Source: the human T2T-CHM13v2.0 reference genome, Homo sapiens. Taken from it: a DNA stretch of 64,000 bases. Both the position numbers and the translations under genes were made by a program. The DNA lies in NCBI RefSeq assembly GCF_009914755.1, contig NC_060931.1; one strand, given 5' to 3'. A model generated the notes under the pieces. It saw only the letters and a program-made list of their open reading frames with translations, made no database searches and had not been told where the DNA came from. Position 1 is the first letter of the stretch; every line of letters begins with the position of its first letter. This document shows positions 54,697 to 64,000 of the stretch, piece by piece.

Positions 54697-57600
54697 AAGA
54701 GGCAGAGCAAGATGGCAGAATAGAAAGCTCCACCAATGGACCCCCTGGCAAGGATACAAAGTTAACAACTATCTGCACAGAAAAACAAACAAACAAAAAA
54801 CACCTTCATAAGAATCAGAACTCAGGTGAGCACACATAGTACCTGGTTTTAACTTCATATCACTGAAACAGGCACTGAAGAAATTAAAAAACAGTCCTGA
54901 ATCACAATGCTACCCCTCCCCTATCCACAGCAGCAGTGGTGTGGTGCGGAGAATGTCTCTGGGTGCTGGGAGAAGGAGAACACATCAATTGTGGGGCACT
55001 GAACTCAGTACTGTCCTGTTAGAGGAGAAAGGAAAACCAGACTAAACTTAGCTGATGTCCACTCACAGAGGGAGCATTTAAACCATCCCTAGCCCAAGAG
55101 GAATTGTCAATCCCCAGCAGTCCAAACTTGAGTAGCCGCAAAACTCTCCACTGAGGGCCAAACTTGAAAGGCAGTCTAGGCCATAAGGACTGCAACTCTT
55201 AGGCAAGTACTAGGGCTCAACAAGGCCCGGAGACCTAGTGGACTGAGGGGACATGTGACATACCGAGATACCAGCTGAGGCAGCCAAGGGAGTATTGGCT
55301 TCACCCCTCTCCTAATCCTAGGCTGCACAAGTCATAGCTTCAAAAGAGACTTTTTCTTTCTGCTTGAGGAGAGAAGACAGAAGAGTGGGGAGGACTTGGC
55401 CTTACCTCTTGGATACCAGCTCAGCTACAGCAGGATAGGGCACTAGTCAGAGTCATAAGGCCCGTATTCCAGACCCAAGCTCCAAGACAACATTTCTAGA
55501 CACATCCTAGACTAGAAGGGAACCCACTGCCTTGAATGAAAGGACCCAGTCCTGGCAGCATTCATCACATGCTAACTGAAAAGCCCTTGGGCCCTGAATA
55601 ACCAGTAGCGATCCCCAGGTACTACATCGAGGGCCTTAGGTGAGCCTCTGAGACTTGCTGGCTTCAGGTGAGATTCAGCACATTACCACCTATGGTGGCT
55701 ATGGGGCAAAACTCCTCCTGCTTGGGAAAAGCAGAGGGAAAAGTAAACGGGGCTGTATCTTGTTGCACCTTAGGTACCAACACCACCACAAGGGGGTAGA
55801 GCACCAGGTGGGATCTTGGGGTCCCTGATTCCAAGCTTTGACTCATGAGTGGCATTTCTGGACCTGCCCTGTGCCAGAGAGAGGCCTATTGCCCTGAAGG
55901 GTGAGTCTCAGGCCAGGCAGCATTCACCACAAGCTGACTTAAAAGACCTAAGGCCTTAAGGGAACATCCATGGTGGTCTGGTAGCACTTCTTAAGGCCAC
56001 TGGGGAGCAGGGTGGGCAGTAGCTACAGGGTGAGGGTTCTCTGCTTCTGAAAAGGGGAGGGAAGAGTGGGAAGGACTGCATCTTGTGGGTTGAGTGTCTG
56101 CTCAGTCACAAGACAATAGACTACAAGGTAGACTTCTAAGTTTTTTACTCTGGTCCCTAACTCCCAGATGGCACTTCTGGACCTACCCTGGGGACCTCAT
56201 CACCCTGAAAGAAAGGACACAGGCCTGGCTGGCTTTGCCATCTGCTGATTATTGAGCCCCAGGGCCTTCAGCAAACATAGGCAGTAGCCAGAGAGTGGTT
56301 ACAGCAGGCCTCGGGTAAGACCCAGTGCTGTGCTGGCTTCAGGTGTGACCCAGTGCAGTCACAGTGGTGGTGGCCACATGGGTGCTTGTGTCATTTCACC
56401 CCCAGCTTTAGGTGGCTCAGAACAGAAAGAGAGATTCTGTATGTATGTTTGGGAGAAAGTAAAAGAGGAGAACAAGAGGCTCTGCCTGGTAATCCAGAGA
56501 ATTCTCTCAGATCCTGTCTAAGGCTATCAAGGCAGTACCTCTATGAATCTGCAAGAACCACAGCATTCCTGGGTGGGAGGTGCCCCCTAAAGAAGAAACA
56601 GCTTAGATTACAACACCCAAATCCTTTCAAATACCTGGAAATCCTTCCCAAGAAGGATAGCTACAAATAAGCCCAGACAATGAAGACTACAATAAATATC
56701 TAACTCTTCAATGCCCAGACATCAAAGAACATCTACTAGCATCAACACTATCCAGGAAAACGTGACCACACCAGATGAACTAAATAAGTCACCAGAAACC
56801 AATCCTAGAGAAACAGAGATATGTGACCTTTCAGACAGAGAATTCAAAATAGCTATTTGAGGAAAGTCAAAGAATTCAAGATACACAGAGAAGGAATTCA
56901 GAATTTTGTCAGACAAACTTAGCAAAGAGATTGAAATAATTTTGAGAAATCAAGCAGAAGTTATGGAGCTGAAAAATGCAATTGGCATAATGAAGAATGC
57001 ATCAGAGTCCTTTAATAGCAGAATTGATCAAGCAGAAGAAAGAATTAGTGAACTTGAAGACAAGCTATTTGAAAATACATAGTCAGAGGAGACAAAAGAA
57101 AAAGAATAAAAAACTATGAAGCACAACTATGGGATCTAGAAAACAGCCTCAAATGGGTAAGTTTAAGAGTTATTGGACTTAAAGAGGAGGTAGAGAAAGA
57201 GATGGGGTAGAAAGCTTATTCAGAGGGAAAATAACAGAGAACTTCTCAAACATAGAGAAAGATATTAATATCCAAGCACAAGAAGATTATAGAACACCAA
57301 GCAGATTTAACCCAAAAAAAGCCTACCTCAAGGCATTTCATAATCCAACTCCCAAAGGTAAAGAATAAAGAAAGGACCCTAAAAGCAGCAAGAAAAAACA
57401 AGTAAATAGCATACAATGGCACTCCAAGACATCTAGCAGCAGACTATTCAGTGGAAACCTTACAGGCCAGGAGAGAGTGGCATGACATATTTAAAGTGCT
57501 GGAAAAACAAAACAAAACAAAAACCTTTCACCCTAGAATAGTATATCCAGCAAAAATATCCTTCAAACATATAGAAGAAATAGACTTTTTCAGACAAACA

Positions 57601-60600
57601 AAAGCTGAGGGATTTCATAAATAACCGATCTGTCCTACAAGAAATGCTAAATGGAGTACTACAGTCAGAAAGAAAAGGACATTAATGAGCAATAAATAAT
57701 CACCTGAAGGTATAAAACTTACTGGTAATAGTAAGTGCATAGATAAACACAGAATGTGATAACACTGTAACTGCTATATGTAAACCACTCTTAAAAAGTT
57801 AAAAAGCTGGGGGACAAAGTTAAGAGTTTTTATTAGTTTTCTTTTTGCTTGTTTGTTTGTTTATGCAAATAGTGTTGTTGTTACCACGTTAAAATAATGG
57901 ATTATAAGATAGTATTTGCAAGCCTCATGGTAACCTCAAACCAAAAAACATACAATTGATACCCAAAAAATAAGAAGCAAGAAACTAAATCATATCACCA
58001 GAGAAAATTATCTTTACTAGAGGCAGACAGGAATGAAAGAAAGAAGGAAGAGAAGACCACAAAACAACCAGAAAACAAATAACAAAATGGCAGTAGTAAG
58101 TCCTTACTTATCAATAATAACGTTGAATGTAAATGAACTAAACTCTTCAATCTTCAGACACAGACTGGCTGAATGGATGAAAAAAAGCCATTGATCCATT
58201 GCCTGCAAGAAACACACTTCATCTATAAAGACACACATAGACTGAAAATAAAGGAGTGGAAAAAGATATTCCATGCCAATGGAAACAAAAAAAGCAAGAG
58301 TTGTTATATCAGACAAAATAGACTTCAAGACAAAAACCATAAGACGAGACAAAGAAGGTCACTATTAATGATAAAATGATATATTTGACAAAAAGATATA
58401 ACAATTTTAAATATATATGCACCCAACACTGGAGCACCCAGATATATAAAGGAAATATTATTAGAGCTAAAGAGAGAGATAGGTCCTAATACAATAATAG
58501 CTGGAAACATCAATACCCCACTTTCAGCATTGGGCAGATCTTCCAGACAGAAAATCAATAAAGAAACATCAGATTTAATCTGCACTATTGACCAAATGTA
58601 TCTAACAGATATTTACAGAACATTTTATCCAAGAGCTGCAGAAAACACATTTTCCTCAGTACATGGATCGTTCTCAAGGATAGACCATATGTTAGGTCAG
58701 AAAACAAGTCTTAAAATATTTTTTAAAAATTGAAATAATATCAAGCATCTTCTCTGACCACAATGGAATAAAACTAGAAAGTAATAACTAGAGGAATTTT
58801 GGAAACTATACAAACACATAGAAATTAAACAATATGCTCCTGAATGACCAGTGGGTCAATGAAGACATTAAGAAGGGAATTGAAAAATTTAGTGATAATG
58901 GAAACACAACATACCCAAACCCATGGGATACAGCAAAAGCAGTACTAAGAGTGAAGTTTATAGCTATAAGTGCCTACATCACAAAAGAGGAAAAACTTCA
59001 AATAAACAATCTAATGATGTATCTTAAAGAACTAAAAAAGCAAGAGCAAACCAAACTCAAAATTTATATCAAAACAAATAAAGATCAGAACAGAAATAAA
59101 TGAAATTAAAATTAAAAAAAAGATCAATGAAACAAAAAGTTAAAAAAAAAAAAGTTAAACAAAATTGACAAACCTTTAACCAAACTAAGGAAAAAGAGAG
59201 ATCCAAATAAATAAAATCAGAAATAAAAAAGGAGACATTACAACTGATACTGCAGAAATTCAAAGGATCATTTGTGGCTACTATAACTAACTGTAAGCCA
59301 GTAAATTGAAAAATCTAGAGGAAATGGACAAATACTGAGATACATACAACCTACCAAGACTGAACCAGTAATAAATTGAAAACCTGAACAGATTAGTAAC
59401 AAGTAATGAGATTGAAGCTGTAATAAAAAGTCACCCAGTAAAGAAAAGCCAAAGATCTAATGGCTTCACCGCTGAATTCTATGAAACATTTAGAAAAGAA
59501 CTAATACCAATCCTACTCATACTATTCCAAAAAATACAGGAGGAAAAAATACTTTCAAATTCATTCTACAAAGCCCGTATTACCCTGATACCAAAACCAG
59601 GCAAAGACACATCAAAAAAGAAAACTACAGGCCAATATCTCTGATGAATGTTGATGCAAAAATCCTCAAAAAATACTAGCAAAAATACTAGCATTCTAAT
59701 TCAACAATACGTTAGAAAGGTCATTCCTCATGACCAAATGGGATTTATCCCTGGGATGCAAGGATGGATCAACATATGTAGATTAATCAACATGATACAT
59801 CCTATCAACAGAATGAAGGATAAAAACCACAGGATCATTTCACTTAATGCTGAAAAAGCATTTGATAAAATTCAACATTCCTTCGTGATAAAAACTCTTA
59901 AAAAAATGAGGACAGAAGAAACATACCCAAGCATAATAAAAGCCATATATGACAGACCCACAGCTAATATCATACTGAATGGGGAGAAACAGAATGCATT
60001 TCCTCTGAGATCTGGAACATGACAAGGATGCCCACTGCCACCACTGTTATTTAGCATAGTTCTGAAAGTCCTAGCTAGAGCAATCAGACAAAAGAAAGTT
60101 ATGAAGGGCATCCAAGTTATGAAGGGCATTCCTGAAAAGGAAGAAGTTAGATTATCCTTGTTTGCAGAAGATATGATCTTATCTATGGTAAAACTTAAAG
60201 ACTCTACACACAAAAAGCTATTAGAACTAATAAACAAATTCAATAAAGTTGCAGGATACAAAATCAACATACAAAAATTAGCAGCATTTCTATATTCCAA
60301 CAGGGAACAATGTGAAAAAGAAATTTAAAAAAGTAATCCCATTTACGATAGTCACATATAAAATTAAATACCTAGAAATTAACTTAACCAAAGAAGTGAA
60401 AGATCTCTGTAATGAAAATTATAAAATACTGATGAAAGAAATTGAAGAGAACACCAAAAAATGGAAAAATATTCTATGTTCATAGACTGGAAGAATTAGT
60501 ATTGTTAAAATATCCATAATACCCAAAGCAATCTACAGATTCAATGCAATCCTTATCAAAATACCAATGACATTCTTCACAGAAGCAGAATAGAAAAAAA

Positions 60601-62257
60601 ATCCTAAAATTTATATGGAACCATGAAAGACCTAGACTAGCCAAAGCTATCCTAAGAAAAAAGAACAAAACTGGAGGAATCACATTACCTGACTTTAAAT
60701 TATACTACAGAGCTGTAGTAACCAAAAGAACATGGTACTGGCATAAAAACAGACACATAGACCAATGGAACAGAATAGAAAACTCAGAAACAAACCCACA
60801 CACCTATAGTGAACTCAATTTTGACAAAGGTGCCAAGAACATACACTGGGGGAAAAGACAGTCTCTTCAGTAAGTGGTGTTTGGAAAACTGGACATCCAT
60901 ATGCAGAAGAATGGAACTAGACCCCTATCTCTCACCATATAAAAAAAAATCAAATCAAAATGGACTAAAGATTTAAATCTAAGACCTCAAACTGTGAAAC
61001 TACTACAAGAAAACATTGGAGGAAAACTCCAGGATATTGGTCTGGGCAAAATTTCTTGAGCAATACCCCACCAGCACAGGCAACCGAAGCAAAAATGGAC
61101 AAATGGGATCACGTCAAGTTAAAAAGCTTCCGCGTGGCAAAGGATACAATCAACAAAGTGAAGAGACAACCCACAGAATGGGAGAAAATATCTGCCAACT
61201 ACCCATCTGACAAGGAATTAGTAATAAGAATATACAAGGAGCTCAAACAACCCTGTAGGAAAAAAAAATCTAATAAATCGATCAAAATATGGGCAAAAGA
61301 TTTGAATAGACATTTCTCAAAAGAAGGCATACAAATGGCAAACAGGTATATGAAAAGGTGCTCAACATCACTGATCATCAGAGAAATTGTCTCACCCCAG
61401 TCAAAACTGCTTATATGCAAAAGACAGACAATAACAAATGCTGGCGAGAATGTAGAGAAAAGGGAACTGTTGTATGCTGTTGGTGGGAATGTAAATTAGT
61501 ACAACCACTATGGAGAACAAACAGTTTGGAAGTTCCTCAAACAACTAAAAGTAGAGCTACCATAGGATCCAGCAATCCTACTGCTGGGTATATACCCAAA
61601 AGAAAGGAAATCAGTATATCGAAGAGATACCTGCATTCCTATGTTTGCTGCAGCACTATCCACAATAGCTAAGATTTGGAAGCAACCTGAGTGTCCATCA
61701 ACACATGAATGGATAAAGAAAATGTGAAACATATACACAATGGAGTACTATACAACCATAAAAAAAGAATGAGATCCAGTCATTTTCAGCAACATGGATG
61801 GAAATGGAGATCATTGTTAAGTGAAATAAACCAGGCACAAAAAGGCAAACATCACATGTTCCCATTTATTTGAGGGATCTAAAAATGAAAACAATTGAAC
61901 TCATAAACATAGAGAATAGAAGGATGGTTATCGAAGGCTGGGAAGGGTATTGTGGGGATGGGGGCAGAAAAGGATGGTTAATGGGTACAAAAAAATAGAA
62001 AGAATGAATAAGAATTACTATTTGGTAGCACAACAGGGTGACTATAGTAATAATAACATAATTGTACATTTTAAAATAACTTAAAAAGTGTAATTGGATC
62101 CTTTGCAACTCAATGGATAAATGCTTGAGGGGATGGATACCTCATTCTCCATGATGTGCTAATTTCACATTGCATGCCTGTATCAAAACACCTCATATTC
62201 CCCAGAAATATATACACCTACTAGGAACCCACAAAAGTTAAAAATAATAAGTAAATA
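54697..62257 (+). mobile_element. Full-length degenerate LINE-1 (L1MA1-3-like), 7.56 kb
   Basis: 5' end CAAGATGGCAGAATAG; ORF1 remnants ~56670-57690; ORF2 remnants ([22 protein letters not shown]) broken by stops and frameshifts; L1MA-type 3' UTR; TSD AAAGTGGGT at 54688-54696 and 62258-62266. Confidence 0.9.
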
Positions 62258-62322
62258 AAAGTGGGTGATTAAAATATATTTTTAAAACTGAAGTACCTGG
62301 TTATAAACACCCCTCTGTTAAG

Positions 62323-62620
62323 ATTTATTTATTTATTTAGAGACAGAGTTTCATTTTGCTGCCCAGGATGGAGTGCAGTGGCACAATCTCGGCTCACTGC
62401 AACTCTGCTTCCCAGGTTCAAGAAATTCTCGTGCCTCACCCTCCCAAGTAGCTAGGATTACAGGCATGCACCACCACACCTGGCTAATTTTTGTGTTTTT
62501 AGTAGAGACAGGGTTTTGCCCTGTTGGCCAGGCTAGTTTTCAACTCCTGGCCTCAAGTGATCCACCCACCTTGGCCTCCCAACGTGCTGGGATTACAGGC
62601 GTGAGCCACCACCCCCAACC
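62323..62620 (-). mobile_element. AluS
   Basis: Alu reverse complement dimer. Confidence 0.88.
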
Positions 62621-62679
62621 TAAGTTTTATTTTATTTTTATGGAAAATGAGTAATATATTTATTTTGGCTACTTTTTGC

Positions 62680-63610
62680 TGAAAAGGTGTGTAGTTGTGG
62701 GGGCATGGAATGGAACCTGGAGTTGAACCCTGAGTGGAAAGTATTTGTGAGTCCTTGGGCTTACAGAAGAGATTACTGGAGCATTATGGTGAGTGTGTAA
62801 TAGCAATATAGTTCACAGTGGAGGAACAAACCTATCTCTAGAATCATGGCTAAAATTATGAGTAATTTTTTTTTTATCAGGAGAAGCCTGATCTAAATCA
62901 TGAGGAAAGCCGTTGATTTTAGGGCATTGTGGGATGAGACATAGCATTAATTTTCCTGTGTATGTCTTAGACGCTGAGGATATGTTTTCGGAGTTACCCA
63001 GGATGTGCATACGGCATTTATTCTTATAGTGCATGTTTTTCACTGTCAATTGTATCCAGAGCTTCTGTGGGGAGATGACAAGTTAGCTAAATATACATAT
63101 TTAATAGGCTACAGGAGGAGCTATGCATATTTATGAAGGTGGTCCTGACACAAGGATATTGAACAAATATGTATGTAACATATAGTCCATGTCTATTTTG
63201 TGCTGGAGACGTAATATTTAAATGTATTATAATTAGATCATATACATCAAAAGGTCTTTTCAAGTCACAAAGCCATGCACATGTATAATTTCTGTAAACT
63301 GGCCAGAACTAGACCATGGTTGGTAGTCTTTTTATCAAGAGAAAGTTATTGAAATCAATCTCTTGTCTAATTAAAGTTGTAGCTATGGCTGGTGGAACAG
63401 GAGCTGAGGGTCAGTTAGTCTGCTTATGTAGAGACTAGTGTTTTTTTGGCTGCTGGTGAAAAAGAAAAACCTTGTGGCAATTAGAATATAGTGTACTTTT
63501 AAAGTGTAGGAATATGTGACTTAATCTTTGCCTGGCATGGTCTTAGGTCGTGTTTGTAACTTGGTATTTTATTGTTATAAAGGGTTTGTCAGTCTTATGA
63601 TCTGTATTTT
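62680..63610 (-). mobile_element. MER4-group ERV1 LTR remnant (MER57-like)
   Basis: GGAGGAGCTATGCATATTTATGAAGGTGGTCC...GTAGCTATGGCTGGTGGAACAGG resembles this family from memory. Confidence 0.45.
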
Positions 63611-63629
63611 ATTTATTTTAGAATTTTTA

Positions 63630-64000
<371 letters not shown>

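Noticed and set aside
59670-60130. Small tandem duplications in L1 ORF2 (AAAATACTAGC x2; AAGTTATGAAGGGCAT x2)
   Set aside because: Routine slippage decay in a dead element.

Overview
Primate DNA that reads as the human IL6 locus (7p15.3). The only protein-coding gene is IL6 on the + strand: 5 exons, CDS 47181-51491, 212 aa. Its proximal promoter has the classic AP-1, CRE, C/EBP, NF-kB and TATA sites and carries the -597A/-572G/A8T12/-174C haplotype. The 3' UTR has AREs and a stem-loop, and an AT-rich VNTR follows it. An antisense lncRNA (IL6-AS1) probably overlaps the promoter. About 18 kb upstream, on the same strand, lies a 5.96-kb two-LTR HERV-H provirus with LTR7up-like LTRs, a His PBS and a GATAC TSD. 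A full-length, degenerate 7.56-kb L1MA-type element with an intact TSD lies 2.8 kb downstream. The rest is more than 20 Alus plus L1/L2/MER/MLT remnants and microsatellites. I found no new gene system. The least-explained structures are repair- or conversion-type sequence copies: (1) a 122-bp inverted copy moved 15 kb via an Alu head; (2) a 54-bp inverted repeat plus a triplicated AT motif linking the two reported distal IL6 regulatory sites; (3) a 254-bp identical tract between otherwise diverged HERV-H LTRs. The IL6 splice architecture could also delete or extend the signal peptide in frame. Repeat subfamily names and literature positions are from memory and need database confirmation.
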